NCBI RefSeq assembly: GCF_036568765.1
Contig: NZ_DATCRY010000019.1
Location: 6,404 to 70,403 of the forward strand
Reading direction: 5' to 3'
DNA: 64,000 nucleotides
From: Dyella sp.
GTDB lineage: Bacteria; Pseudomonadota; Gammaproteobacteria; Xanthomonadales; Rhodanobacteraceae
The notes below the pieces were generated by a model. That model was not told the origin of the DNA, did no database searches, and saw nothing but the letters and a program-made list of their open reading frames with translations. This document shows, piece by piece, positions 1 through 10,605 of this stretch; position 1 is the first letter of the stretch, and the number at the start of each line of letters is the position of its first letter. Both the position numbers and the translations under genes were made by a program.

Positions 1-3000
1 TTGGCGATTATCAGCGGCGACGTGCTGACTGCCATTGACAGTCATCCCGTCAATTTTGAAATTGTCGATGCGACAACGCCGATCGAAACGATCAATCCAG
101 TATTCGATGATACGACTCCGCTAGGCGATCCTGGTCAGCCGGACGATCCGAACTCCAATCGCTTTCTTATCTCTGCCCAGATGATAGAGCGGGGTGGATT
201 TTCGAAGCTCAAGATCAGCACCAGCGGTGCAATCGACGATGAAGCTTCACACCTGAAATTGCAGCCCGGCGGCGAAGTCGATTTCACTGCTGTGGGAATC
301 AAGGTCGCCGGTCTGATCCAGGCAACGAGCGGAGCCATCAACCTGACGACGGTCGGTCAAGGAGATATCTTGATCGGAGCTGGGGCTGAGCTGGATGCCA
401 GCGGTCTTTGGAGCAACGATGCGGGTAAAACGGCCGACAGTATTGTCGGCTCGCAGTACATTAACGGCGGATCGATCAATCTGACGGCGTTGTTAGCCGG
501 TTCGGCCGCCGGAGATATGACCGGCGACATCATACTTGAGCAGGGCAGTGTGCTGGATGTTTCCAGTGGCGGTCATGTACAGCAGAATGGTCTGGTGGAT
601 ATTGCTGACGATGTGCCGTTGGGACGCGGAGGAGATATTACGCTTGCGACGCACGTCCAGGCGCCCAACTCCGGCAATCTCGGGCAGCAGTATGCGGATA
701 TAAGCGGCGGAAGGTTGCTTCTGGATGGCACGCTGCTGGGTTATGGATTTTCGGGCGGTGGAAGCCTCACTCTTGAAGCTGCACAGATCCAGATTGGCGG
801 TACGCCCGATCCTTCGGCAAATGTTTCCCTGCTTTATCTTCCGGAGTCGTTTTTTTCTGGACAGGGTTTTGCCAGCTATTACTTGAAATCGGAAACCGAT
901 ACGAATATTGCCGCTGGCAGCCATGTGCAAGTAAAACCAGCGAATCTATTGCCAAACTATTTGGCGCTTGCGGCGGCACCGACGGGTTCGAACATCTATG
1001 ATTCCGGGCTTACCCAGATTGGCTATCTCGATGACTATCATCGTTGGCTGACTTCCGCTGGAAGCAATCAGCCCGCTGGCCTGTTCATAACGGCGGGCTT
1101 GGTCGACAACTGGGTGTCATCCGGTCCGCTGCCTGTCTATGACGGCGTGAGTCAGTCGATCAATCTTGGCGAGGGCGCCACACTGCAAGTCGACGCCGGT
1201 GCTACCGTGCAGTTGCAGGCATATCACAACCTGAATGTTCTGGGCTCCATTGTTGCTCCCGGTGGCGTCATCGACCTGTCTAGCCGTGGCGATGGGGCAG
1301 ATCGTTTTGTGGCTCCAAACCGCGCCTTATGGCTAGGTGCCGACAGCTTGCTCGATGCCAGCGGTGTTTCGCTTATCAATCCCATAGCGACCCCGACTAC
1401 GAGCGGACTCGGCGCGGGTTTTATCCCGCGGACCGGTACCGTGCTTGACGGCGGCGAAGTCGACCTGTCTGCCGATCAATATCTTGTCGTGCAGGATGGG
1501 GCTCGGATCGACGTCTCGGGTGCTAACGATATCTACCAGCTGCCGGCTGCTACCACATTGCTTGGCGCTCCCGTTGGCGCGGCTACACAGACGCCTGTGT
1601 GGAGTGACGGTGGAAGCATCAATCTTTCGGCCGGCGCCGGCATGTACTTCGACGCGAACCTTTCCGCTCAGCCAGGCGCAGCCGAAGGTCTCGGTGGCAG
1701 TTTGTCGATTCGTGCCTTGATTCCTTCAGGCTCAGTGCAGCCAAACGCACGTGCCATCGTATTGCAGCAGAGCGGTAACTTGCTGCCAGTCGGCCTTGAG
1801 CCAGGCGACGATTTATCGGGTATTGACGCCTCTACGGGAGAACTGCATTTTGCCGTGGATCGACTCAAGGATTCGGGCATTGCCGATTTCTCCATCGGCC
1901 CGGTCGCTGGCGATAACGACTCAGAGACAAGTTATCGCCCGGTTCCCGTGCTTTTCAGCGGTGACGTTGCATTGGACCTGTCGCATAGCGTGGTCATCAA
2001 TGCGCCTGCACTGGTTGCTGTACCCGCTGGCACATCGGCGATGCCTGCGGGTGAGGTCGATGGAGCCGGCAATGTATCCATCGATGCCCCCTATGTTTTC
2101 CTGGCCAATGGCGCCGCCGGTACGCCGAGTTCGGTGCAAGGTGACGGCACGCTCAATGTGAAGGCCGGCTTTATCGATATAGGTGGCCAGTTGTCGTTGG
2201 AAGGCTTCCAGGATGCCTCCTTCAATTCGAGCGGCGATCTGCGTTTCTACTTGCCGCCGCTGGACACATACGTCAGCAACGTGCCGCGCACCGGCTGGCT
2301 GTTCAGCACCGGCAACCTTGATTTCTCTGCAACGCGTATCTACCCCGTCAGTGACTACAGTTTCCTTATCGATGCTGTAGGCGCATCGGGCAAGGACGCT
2401 ACTGTCACTTTCCATGGCAATGGAAACAGCAACAGTGCCACACCACTGTCGGCAGGCGGTAGCTTGACCGTAGCCGCCAGTCATATCGTGCAGGATGGCG
2501 TGCTGTGGGTCCCATCCGGCAGTATTACGCTGGGTGTATCCGATGCTGCTGCGACGCGATCTGCATTAGGTCTTTCTTCGTCGTTTGCGTTGCCCGACAC
2601 ACAAAGCGTGGACCTCACGCCGACCAGCGTAACCTCCGTGTCGCTTGGCGGCGCGGTCTTGCCATTCGGCAACACAGTCGATGGAAAAGAATGGCGCTAC
2701 GATGGCGACCCGGAGACCGATGGCACGGATATCGAGGCTCCGCCGGCCAAGCAGATTGCTATTCATGGCGACCAGGTGTCGCTGCAGCAAGGTGCTACCG
2801 TTGACGTTTCCGGCGGCGGCGATCTGCAGGCTTTCGAGTGGGTGCCGGGGACGGGTGGGTCTCGCGATGTGCTGGCGCAGACGCAAACCAGCTTCGCGAA
2901 CGGTGGCGCGGGTGTTCAGCAGCCACAATACCCGGATGGGCGAGCCATCTACGCCATCATTCCAGGTTATAACGCTCCGGTCGCCGCGCATGATGCGGCG

Positions 3001-6000
3001 TTGGAAAAGGGGGCTGGCACGGGGCCTGCGGTAGGGCAGGCGGTTTACCTTTCGGGCATTCCTGGCTTGCCACCTGGGATCTACACCTTGCTGCCAGCGC
3101 GTTACGCGACATTGCCCGGTGCGTATCGTGTCGTCCAGGATACCTCGTCGCAAGATGCAGTACTTGGACGCAACACGACGTTGCCCGACGGTACGCAGAT
3201 GGTCACGGGATATTTCGTCGACGCTCTGACCGGAGCTCGCAGCGCCCGCACGACGACATTCGAGCTTCAGTCCGATCAGGTTTGGCAGCAGTACTCGGGC
3301 TACACCCTGACTGGCGCCAATCAGTTCTTTGCGTCGCTGGCCGAGCACGCGGGCAATAGTGCACCGCCGTTGCCTCAAGACGCCGGGCATCTATTGCTGG
3401 ATGCCGGGCATGAGCTCGATCTCGGAGCAAGCTTGACCGCGAGCACCGGTGAAGGTGGCCGTGGCGCCCAAGTGGATATCGCGGGTCAGGCCATCCAGAT
3501 TCTTGGCGTTGGCGAACAAGCGCTCGAGGGGTATCTGACGGTCGACGCCGATGGACTGACGGCACTTGGTGCGTCGAGCTTGTTGATCGGTGGTTCGCGC
3601 AGCGCCAGCGATAATGGTGATGTTGTCGATGCGCAAGCGCAAAGCATCGTGTTGTCCAACGATGCTGCGCATCCCCTGACGGGGCCAGAGGTCATTTTGG
3701 TGACCAATGGAACGGGCGCTGGCATTGAAGTGGATGCAGGCAGCGTTTTGCGCGGTGCCGGCGACTCGACGGGGGTGACCGGGACGCCGCTGGTTATCGG
3801 CAAGCTGGCTGACAGTTCAGGGCCGGCAGTCAGCGGCGATGGTGCTCTGCTGCGGGTATCGAGCGGTGCCGCGAGCCCGGTGATACGTCATAACGTGACG
3901 GGAATCGACGGCGCCGCCGGTGTGGCAGGCGGTGCTCTAAGCATTGCCGACGGTGCCACCATCGATGGCGGTAACGCGTTGAGCCTGGATGCGACAGGGA
4001 ACACGCACGTTGGCGTGGATGCCTTGCTCAGTGCGAAGAATATCGACATTACCGCGAATCGGATCGCCTTCGTTGGGGATACCGCCCCGGAGGATACGTC
4101 GGGCATGCTTATCGGTGCGGCGACGCTCGGCCAGTTGGATAACGCCGACAATATTGTTCTTCGTAGTCGCGGCACGATCGATTTCTTGGGCGATATCGGT
4201 ATAAACCTGCAGCACAACCTGGAGTTGGATGGCCCGTCACTTACCAGCGATGGCGGCACAGTCGATATCGCTGCTGCCAAGCTGACCTTGGGTAACGACG
4301 TGGGCGGTGCAGACACGTTTGCGGCCGGCCAGGGTCATTTGCAGATCCATGCCGGTGAAATGGATTTCGGCGACGGCGACTTCACGTTGCGCGGGTTCGG
4401 GGATGTCGACGCCACTGCGACACAGGGCATTGTCGCGCAAGGTAACGGTGACTTCGATTTCGGTTCGCTGAATGTTGCGATGCATACGCCCGCCGTGATC
4501 GTATCGGCTGGGGCAACCACGAGTGTGCATACCACGGGTTCATTGGTTATCGACCATCTTGATGGTCCGGCGCTGGATTCGACCGTACAAGCTGGCAAGT
4601 TGAGTCTTGCCGGCGGCGCGGTGTTGCTGGATACCGCATTCTCCGCACCTGCCGGAACCCTCGACATCGATGCGACCGCTGGCGATTTGACCATAGGCAA
4701 TAACGCTAAGCTAAGCGTGGCGGGTCTTTCCAAGACATTCAATGATGTGCAGTCGTTTATCCCGAGCGGCTCGCTGACTCTCGATGCGGATGCAGGCGAT
4801 ATATCGGTGGCCGGCGGAGCCGTCCTGGATATTTCTGGCGACAAGGACGGTGGCAACGCGGGCTTCTTGACGCTGCAGGCTGGCGGACAAGCCCTGGTCC
4901 AGGGGCAATTGCTCGGTGCGGCGTCGAAAGGCTATCTGGGCGGCAGCGTGATCGTCGACACCGGTGGCGCGTTCGATCTCGACACATTTGCCCAGTTAGC
5001 TGCTTCCGGCGGTGTCAATGGCTCTATCCTGGTGCGCACAGGCGCTGGCGACCTGGATTTGAACGCCGGCCATACGCTTACCGCACACGAAGTGAGTCTG
5101 ACCGCAAATGGCGACGGCGGCTGGGTGCATGTCGATGGAACGGTGGATGCGTCCGGTACATTCGGTGGTGCGATCGACCTTTACGGCAAGGATGGCGTGG
5201 ATGTCGAAGGTTCGCTTCTGAGCTTCGCTACCGCGCAAGGGCGCAAAGGTGGAGATATATCCATTGGCACCAGCGGCACGGGCGATGGCACGCTCAACGC
5301 GAGCTATGGCTACGAGAATGTACAGGCGACCGACTCCGGGTCGATCGTTATCGGTCCCCATGCTTATGTAAAGATGGATGGCGACGGTGGCGATGGTACC
5401 TTCTCGCTGCGTGCGCCAGTGCTCGTTGACGGTGACGTAAATGTCACTATCGCCGACAATGCGCAAATTATCGGTGCAAAGAATGTTGTCCTCGAGGCCT
5501 ATGCGACTTGGAGCGCTACGGATGATTCGAACGACCTTTCCAAGCACTTCGATGGGCTGGTCGATCCAGCGGGTTGGTATGTTCCCGATGCTGTTACTGG
5601 CAAACCCACACTGGTCGCCGGCCATTTCTTCGATGCCGATGGCAATCAGCAGCCAGATCCGGATTTCACCAACGACACCCAATTGGCGGAATATTTCGCC
5701 AAGTACTATTTCCAGCCCGATGCCGGCGCAATCGATGCGGCGCATCAGAGTTTTTACGGCTATATCAACGGCGACCCATCGAACGGTCCGGGTGCGCTTA
5801 TGGGCTTCGTCGAAGCCCCCGGTTTTGCGTTCGAGTCGCGTTTCGCCTCGGTCAAGAACTTCAGTGTTCGTCCAGGCGTCGATCTGATCAATCCAGATAC
5901 GACGAACAACGATGGAAACATCTCCGTACTAAGCAATTGGAATCTTGGTGCCGGCGTAGAGAACGCCGATGGCACGCTTGCACTTGCATATCGCTACAAT

Positions 6001-9000
6001 GGGCAGGCTCCTATTGTGAGCTTGCGTGCGGAAAACAATCTGGATATACGCGCCAGCATCACCGATGGCTTCTTCCAGAGCAGTAATATCCTCGGTTCGG
6101 GTACGGTGCCTACCGCTTCGTACGATGAAGCAAGCGCAGCCTGGGTGGCACTGCAGAACCAGTTAACTGCAGAAGACGGGATTACGGTCGATGATGTGCC
6201 CGGTCTGTTTTCGGCGCCGACCGAGTTGTCCGGATCCGATGCGACAGCCATCGGTGAGTATTATGGTCAGTATGTGGCATATGCGGATTATCTCAGTACG
6301 CCCGTCAACGACGTTGTTCTAAGCGGCTCCAGCCCACTGACGCCGGAAGCCTATTTTGCTTTTGGGATTGTCACTACGGTGGCCGATCCCAAGGCAGTGG
6401 CTCCGGCACAGCCAGCGAACTTGAACGCATACCCCGCGTATCTGGCGAGCTTCAAGGATTATCTCGAGCAGTCGGCGATCGATGGTGGCTTCCCGGGAGC
6501 CATGCCGGACAATTTCGTCCCCTTGGTCGCTCCGCCGACCACGCTCGATCGCATTACCCCTCCGCCGCCGGCAACCGACAACAGCCCCTCGCCAGAGCCC
6601 AGCGCAATAAACGGCTTGCCACTGCTTAGCGCAAGCCTTGTTCAGGGGAACAGCAGCTCCTACCGGCTTGTCGCGGGTGCGGACACGAGGAGCGTCGATC
6701 CATTGGCGGTGCAAGCGATCGCAGCTGTGCAAGGCAGCGGGAGTGCTTTGGGGCAGGTTAGCTTCGACGGACATACGGACTACCTCGATCCGAATACAGG
6801 AAGCACGATCTACACGCCGACTCTGGTGCGTACAGGCAACGGCGATATCGATATTGCCGCCGCAGGTGATGTGCGCTGGTTGGACAGCACCGCTCCGGCT
6901 GCGATTTACTCGGCAGGTGTGCCGCTCGATCCTACGGTCAAGCCAAGCGTATCGCTATTGTCGCTCGCCAATGAGCCGGAACTGGTTGTGACCAATCAGG
7001 TCAACCCCGTCGATGGCGGCAATATAGCGATTCACGCCGGTGGCGATATCGTCGGTATTCAGTCGGTGGTCGATACGGATGGCAGCGTGACAGGTACGCC
7101 GGGCGCGTCCGTTGCCCAATATTGGTGGCCCTGGATGCAGACGGGGAACGCCGCGAACGGCAGCCGTTCATCGATCAACTTCGGCGCATTCGATCAGGGC
7201 GTGATGGCGACATCGGGAGATGTGGATATTGCCGCAGGCGGCGATATTCGGCAGTTATCTGTTTCGTTGCCAACGACGTGGTACTTGAGCACGGCAGCCG
7301 ATGGATCTCAGGTCGTCAACACAGTCGGTGGCGGAAATCTGCGTGTCACGGCAGGCGGGGATATCCTGAGCGGGAGCTATTTCGTTGCGCACGGAACCGG
7401 CGATATCAGCGCAGCCGGGAACATAGGCAGCGATTTCAGCTACAAGCTCGCAAGCATCGTCAACGGATCGCGCGGCACGGTCGATGAGCCGGTGTCTACA
7501 TTGTTCGCCTTGCAGGATGCGCAACTGAATGTTTCTGCCGGGGGAAGCGTGGACATCGGCGGTGTCTATAATCCGTCGTGGCTCGATATGACTTTGAATT
7601 CGAAGCTGGATTCCCAGCTTCCGGCAGGTCACTTCGACGGTCAGAGCTACAGTTCGGCCTCGTCTCTGTCGGTCACCGCTTCGGGCGGCGATATCGACTT
7701 TGGCACGCTGAGCAATGCGTTGGCGCTTTTTGTGCCCGATACGAATCTCACCAATTCCCCTGGGCCGGCAGGGTTTATCTTGCCGGCGACGGTCGAGTTG
7801 AATGCTCCCAACGGGAGTTTGAATTTATCTTCTACCGGGGAGCTTTATCCGTCGGCAGACGGTAATTTGACCTTGCTCGCGAACGATTCGATTTTGTTCG
7901 ATCATTCGAAGGAGGCGCAGCAGAACTATCAGGCTGCCTGGGGCTTGATCGATGCGCCCGCATCGTTGCTGCCGTCTCCATTGAATGCGAACGCGCTGAT
8001 ATCGAATACCGGCATTACGAGTATCGTGCGCAGCCAGGGATATCTCTTCGGCGGCGGCATCTGGAGTGTGGTGGAGCCGTTTGTCCACCAGCCGCAACCT
8101 CTCCATGGCGCCGACAACCAACCTGTGCGTATTTATGCGCTCAATGGCGATATTGTCGATGGCGAGGGTGGTGGCCGAAACGGCGTGTTCCTGGTGCCTA
8201 ACAAGCCGGCGAGTATCCAGGCCGGTCGCGATATCGTCGATCTGGCGTTTATCGGTCAGCAGACGCACGATTCGGATGTGACGCGTATCGTTGCCGGCCG
8301 CGATATCGCTGACACATCTCCGACGCTGAACAACGGGACAGAAGCTCAAGTCACTATACCGGTCATTGTCTTGGGAGGTACCGGTACGCTGGAGGTGCAG
8401 GCGGGAAGAGATATCGGCCCCTTGGCCAATCAAGTCGACCTGACGAATATCTCGGTAACCGTGAACAAGCTGCCCTTGGTTCTCGGTGGCGACTCCCTTA
8501 CCGGCATTAATACCGTTGGCAACGCTCTGAACCCCTATCTGCCGAACCAGGGCGCCGGCATACAAGTCTTGTATGGCGTAGCACCTGGCATGGATCAAGC
8601 GGCCTTTATTGCGCAGTACATCAATCCGGCTGCGGGCGTCGAAGGGATACCCAGCCTGACACCTGACTTGGTTTCCTTCATGAATGCCTATGTGGCCGGT
8701 CAGGCTGTCGATACGGGCTTGGTGAAGGATGTACCGCCGGTCGACCTTACGCCCGACCAGGCTTGGGCGCAGTTCCAGGCGCTGCCAACTTACGTGCAGC
8801 AAATTTTCGTGCAGAAAGCATTGTTCAAGATACTTGCGGAAGTGGGTAACGACTACAACGACGCGGCGAGCCCCTTCCATGGGCAATACGCCCGTGGCTA
8901 TGCGGCACTGTCTACGTTGTTCCCTGCCTCGCTTGGCTATACCGATAACGGAAGCGGGCAAGGCGGTATAAACGGTGCTTCGCATACCGTCGACACGGGC

Positions 9001-9867
9001 GACCTCGATATCCGTAATTCGACAATCCAGACCCAACAGGGTGGAGATATTGCCATTCTCGCGCCAGGTGGCCAGGCGCTGCTTGGCAGTTCATCGGCAC
9101 CGCCGGTCTTGACCAATAGCCAAGGACAGGTTGTGGCGGGGCCCAACACCATGGGTCTGCTGACACTGCGCAGCGGCGATATCGACATTTTCACCGACCG
9201 CAGCGTGCTATTAGCGCAGAGCCGCATCTTTACGGAGCAGGGGGGCGATATTGTCGCCTGGAGCTCCAATGGCGATATCAATGCGGGCAAGGGCGCCAAG
9301 ACCACTTCGGAGATCCCTCCGATAAGCTTTATTTGCGACCTGGATGCTTACTGTTTGGTTAACCCTTCCGGAACAGTGAGCGGTGCGGGTATAGCGACGC
9401 TTCAGACTGTCGCTGGCGCGCCGGAAGGCAATGCGTTCTTGATGGCGCCGCGAGGAACTGTTGACGCCGGCGATGCGGGTATTCGCGTATCGGGTAATCT
9501 GGTCGTCGCGGCAGCCCAAGTGGCTAATGCCGATAACATCCAGGTACAGGGCGACAAGATCGGCGTGCCAATTACTCAGTCGGTGAATATTGGCGCTTTG
9601 AGTGCGGCCAGTGCCGCGGCTAATGCTGTCAGTCACGTCGTCGAAGATATGGTCAATAAGCAACGTGACGATGCGCGTGATCAGCAGCCTTCGGTAATTT
9701 CTGTTCATGTGATCGGTTTCGGCCAGGAAAGCAGCAACCTGCAGGGCGCGTCGAGCGACAACGGTTACGACGCGGGAAGCCCGGTTCAGGTGCTTGGCGC
9801 AGGTAAGTTGACCAGCGCCAAGCGCAAGACCTTGACGGCGGCAGAGCAGCAGCGTCTTTCCGAATAG
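1..9867 (+). CDS. Giant filamentous-haemagglutinin-family (TpsA/FhaB-like) exoprotein, C-terminal 3288 aa; 5' end lies outside the window
   Basis: One uninterrupted ORF from the window edge to TAG 9865-9867. Gly/Ala/Asp/Ser/Asn-rich beta-helix-type repeats (recurrent GGDI, AGGDI, SGGG motifs). Near-C-terminal block GGDIVAWSSNGDINAGKGAKT...PRGTVDAGDAGIRVSGNL is typical of FhaB-family proteins. No VENN-type toxin boundary seen. Confidence 0.8.
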   Translation: MAIISGDVLTAIDSHPVNFEIVDATTPIETINPVFDDTTPLGDPGQPDDPNSNRFLISAQMIERGGFSKLKISTSGAIDDEASHLKLQPGGEVDFTAVGIKVAGLIQATSGAINLTTVGQGDILIGAGAELDASGLWSNDAGKTADSIVGSQYINGGSINLTALLAGSAAGDMTGDIILEQGSVLDVSSGGHVQQNGLVDIADDVPLGRGGDITLATHVQAPNSGNLGQQYADISGGRLLLDGTLLGYGFSGGGSLTLEAAQIQIGGTPDPSANVSLLYLPESFFSGQGFASYYLKSETDTNIAAGSHVQVKPANLLPNYLALAAAPTGSNIYDSGLTQIGYLDDYHRWLTSAGSNQPAGLFITAGLVDNWVSSGPLPVYDGVSQSINLGEGATLQVDAGATVQLQAYHNLNVLGSIVAPGGVIDLSSRGDGADRFVAPNRALWLGADSLLDASGVSLINPIATPTTSGLGAGFIPRTGTVLDGGEVDLSADQYLVVQDGARIDVSGANDIYQLPAATTLLGAPVGAATQTPVWSDGGSINLSAGAGMYFDANLSAQPGAAEGLGGSLSIRALIPSGSVQPNARAIVLQQSGNLLPVGLEPGDDLSGIDASTGELHFAVDRLKDSGIADFSIGPVAGDNDSETSYRPVPVLFSGDVALDLSHSVVINAPALVAVPAGTSAMPAGEVDGAGNVSIDAPYVFLANGAAGTPSSVQGDGTLNVKAGFIDIGGQLSLEGFQDASFNSSGDLRFYLPPLDTYVSNVPRTGWLFSTGNLDFSATRIYPVSDYSFLIDAVGASGKDATVTFHGNGNSNSATPLSAGGSLTVAASHIVQDGVLWVPSGSITLGVSDAAATRSALGLSSSFALPDTQSVDLTPTSVTSVSLGGAVLPFGNTVDGKEWRYDGDPETDGTDIEAPPAKQIAIHGDQVSLQQGATVDVSGGGDLQAFEWVPGTGGSRDVLAQTQTSFANGGAGVQQPQYPDGRAIYAIIPGYNAPVAAHDAALEKGAGTGPAVGQAVYLSGIPGLPPGIYTLLPARYATLPGAYRVVQDTSSQDAVLGRNTTLPDGTQMVTGYFVDALTGARSARTTTFELQSDQVWQQYSGYTLTGANQFFASLAEHAGNSAPPLPQDAGHLLLDAGHELDLGASLTASTGEGGRGAQVDIAGQAIQILGVGEQALEGYLTVDADGLTALGASSLLIGGSRSASDNGDVVDAQAQSIVLSNDAAHPLTGPEVILVTNGTGAGIEVDAGSVLRGAGDSTGVTGTPLVIGKLADSSGPAVSGDGALLRVSSGAASPVIRHNVTGIDGAAGVAGGALSIADGATIDGGNALSLDATGNTHVGVDALLSAKNIDITANRIAFVGDTAPEDTSGMLIGAATLGQLDNADNIVLRSRGTIDFLGDIGINLQHNLELDGPSLTSDGGTVDIAAAKLTLGNDVGGADTFAAGQGHLQIHAGEMDFGDGDFTLRGFGDVDATATQGIVAQGNGDFDFGSLNVAMHTPAVIVSAGATTSVHTTGSLVIDHLDGPALDSTVQAGKLSLAGGAVLLDTAFSAPAGTLDIDATAGDLTIGNNAKLSVAGLSKTFNDVQSFIPSGSLTLDADAGDISVAGGAVLDISGDKDGGNAGFLTLQAGGQALVQGQLLGAASKGYLGGSVIVDTGGAFDLDTFAQLAASGGVNGSILVRTGAGDLDLNAGHTLTAHEVSLTANGDGGWVHVDGTVDASGTFGGAIDLYGKDGVDVEGSLLSFATAQGRKGGDISIGTSGTGDGTLNASYGYENVQATDSGSIVIGPHAYVKMDGDGGDGTFSLRAPVLVDGDVNVTIADNAQIIGAKNVVLEAYATWSATDDSNDLSKHFDGLVDPAGWYVPDAVTGKPTLVAGHFFDADGNQQPDPDFTNDTQLAEYFAKYYFQPDAGAIDAAHQSFYGYINGDPSNGPGALMGFVEAPGFAFESRFASVKNFSVRPGVDLINPDTTNNDGNISVLSNWNLGAGVENADGTLALAYRYNGQAPIVSLRAENNLDIRASITDGFFQSSNILGSGTVPTASYDEASAAWVALQNQLTAEDGITVDDVPGLFSAPTELSGSDATAIGEYYGQYVAYADYLSTPVNDVVLSGSSPLTPEAYFAFGIVTTVADPKAVAPAQPANLNAYPAYLASFKDYLEQSAIDGGFPGAMPDNFVPLVAPPTTLDRITPPPPATDNSPSPEPSAINGLPLLSASLVQGNSSSYRLVAGADTRSVDPLAVQAIAAVQGSGSALGQVSFDGHTDYLDPNTGSTIYTPTLVRTGNGDIDIAAAGDVRWLDSTAPAAIYSAGVPLDPTVKPSVSLLSLANEPELVVTNQVNPVDGGNIAIHAGGDIVGIQSVVDTDGSVTGTPGASVAQYWWPWMQTGNAANGSRSSINFGAFDQGVMATSGDVDIAAGGDIRQLSVSLPTTWYLSTAADGSQVVNTVGGGNLRVTAGGDILSGSYFVAHGTGDISAAGNIGSDFSYKLASIVNGSRGTVDEPVSTLFALQDAQLNVSAGGSVDIGGVYNPSWLDMTLNSKLDSQLPAGHFDGQSYSSASSLSVTASGGDIDFGTLSNALALFVPDTNLTNSPGPAGFILPATVELNAPNGSLNLSSTGELYPSADGNLTLLANDSILFDHSKEAQQNYQAAWGLIDAPASLLPSPLNANALISNTGITSIVRSQGYLFGGGIWSVVEPFVHQPQPLHGADNQPVRIYALNGDIVDGEGGGRNGVFLVPNKPASIQAGRDIVDLAFIGQQTHDSDVTRIVAGRDIADTSPTLNNGTEAQVTIPVIVLGGTGTLEVQAGRDIGPLANQVDLTNISVTVNKLPLVLGGDSLTGINTVGNALNPYLPNQGAGIQVLYGVAPGMDQAAFIAQYINPAAGVEGIPSLTPDLVSFMNAYVAGQAVDTGLVKDVPPVDLTPDQAWAQFQALPTYVQQIFVQKALFKILAEVGNDYNDAASPFHGQYARGYAALSTLFPASLGYTDNGSGQGGINGASHTVDTGDLDIRNSTIQTQQGGDIAILAPGGQALLGSSSAPPVLTNSQGQVVAGPNTMGLLTLRSGDIDIFTDRSVLLAQSRIFTEQGGDIVAWSSNGDINAGKGAKTTSEIPPISFICDLDAYCLVNPSGTVSGAGIATLQTVAGAPEGNAFLMAPRGTVDAGDAGIRVSGNLVVAAAQVANADNIQVQGDKIGVPITQSVNIGALSAASAAANAVSHVVEDMVNKQRDDARDQQPSVISVHVIGFGQESSNLQGASSDNGYDAGSPVQVLGAGKLTSAKRKTLTAAEQQRLSE

Positions 9868-10036
9868 GTTTTCGGCAGAAAGCGCCCTTGCATTGAAAGC
9901 AGGGGCGCGCTTCATTCGACCGCAATCTGCGGAGCAAGGTTTTATCAAGGAAGGATCGGAGTATCGCGATGATAGAGACAAGTCCGCTGTGGGCGGTCTG
10001 GGGTTTTGCATGCCTTGATTTCGCGGAGGCATCGCA

Positions 10037-10411
10037 ATGAGCAGTGTTTATGTCATGGCTGAAACATTGCGTCAGCTTTTTGACGCTGGGCAGTATCGGG
10101 TCGCCGACTGGTTTATCGATCATTGCGGGCGGCATCAATTGGAAGAACTAGTCGAGACCCCTGGCGCCCCGATTACATTGCGTATCGACTACGTTGTAAA
10201 GAAGCGCTTGCAGCGCCGAACGGGCGGTGAACTGGCGGCGGATATCGTCGACGCACTTCCTTACGTACTGAATATGTGGTGCCGGGAGGGGCGACGAAGC
10301 GCCGTGCGCCAGGTGCTGTGTGAGTTGGACGGCCTCGAGATCGATGCGCTTGCGCGACGCTCCGACCTGGACCCAGAAGTAGCCTCGATGCTTTACGAAT
10401 TTCGCATATGA
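10037..10411 (+). CDS. Hypothetical 124-aa cytoplasmic protein, no recognisable domain
   Basis: ATG preceded by GGAGG 8 nt upstream. GC is lower than the flanks. No TM segment or signal peptide. No family recognised. Confidence 0.45.
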   Translation: MSSVYVMAETLRQLFDAGQYRVADWFIDHCGRHQLEELVETPGAPITLRIDYVVKKRLQRRTGGELAADIVDALPYVLNMWCREGRRSAVRQVLCELDGLEIDALARRSDLDPEVASMLYEFRI

Positions 10412-10543
10412 GTGTCTCCTTTTCAATGTGATGTCCATCGCATTTAGTGTTAATGATTATTGCCGCATATACGTCCATATTAAGTTCTGATTTTGATCTA
10501 TCTTTAACTTTGTAATAAGTGCTGCATATTGTGGGACATTATT

Positions 10544-10577
10544 TCTTCATTGCCGTGTCATTGCGGTGGATTATAAA
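10544..10577 (+). promoter_or_regulatory. Pho-box-like tandem 11-bp repeats plus -10 (TATAAA) upstream of the first DING/PstS-like gene
   Basis: cTTCATTGCCG / tGTCATTGCGG direct repeats at 10545-10555 and 10556-10566 resemble the CTGTCAT-N4 Pho box architecture. TATAAA at 10572-10577 lies about 10 nt after the second core. Confidence 0.4.
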
Positions 10578-10605
10578 TGCGTGGCCTCCAATTTCGGAGG
10601 TTACT

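Noticed and set aside
1-9867. Calling the giant exoprotein a CdiA contact-dependent inhibition toxin.
   Set aside because: No VENN/PT-VENN or comparable demarcation motif was found. The C-terminus is the conserved FhaB-type block rather than a variable toxin tip. The TpsB partner and N-terminal TPS domain are outside the window, so this cannot be assessed.
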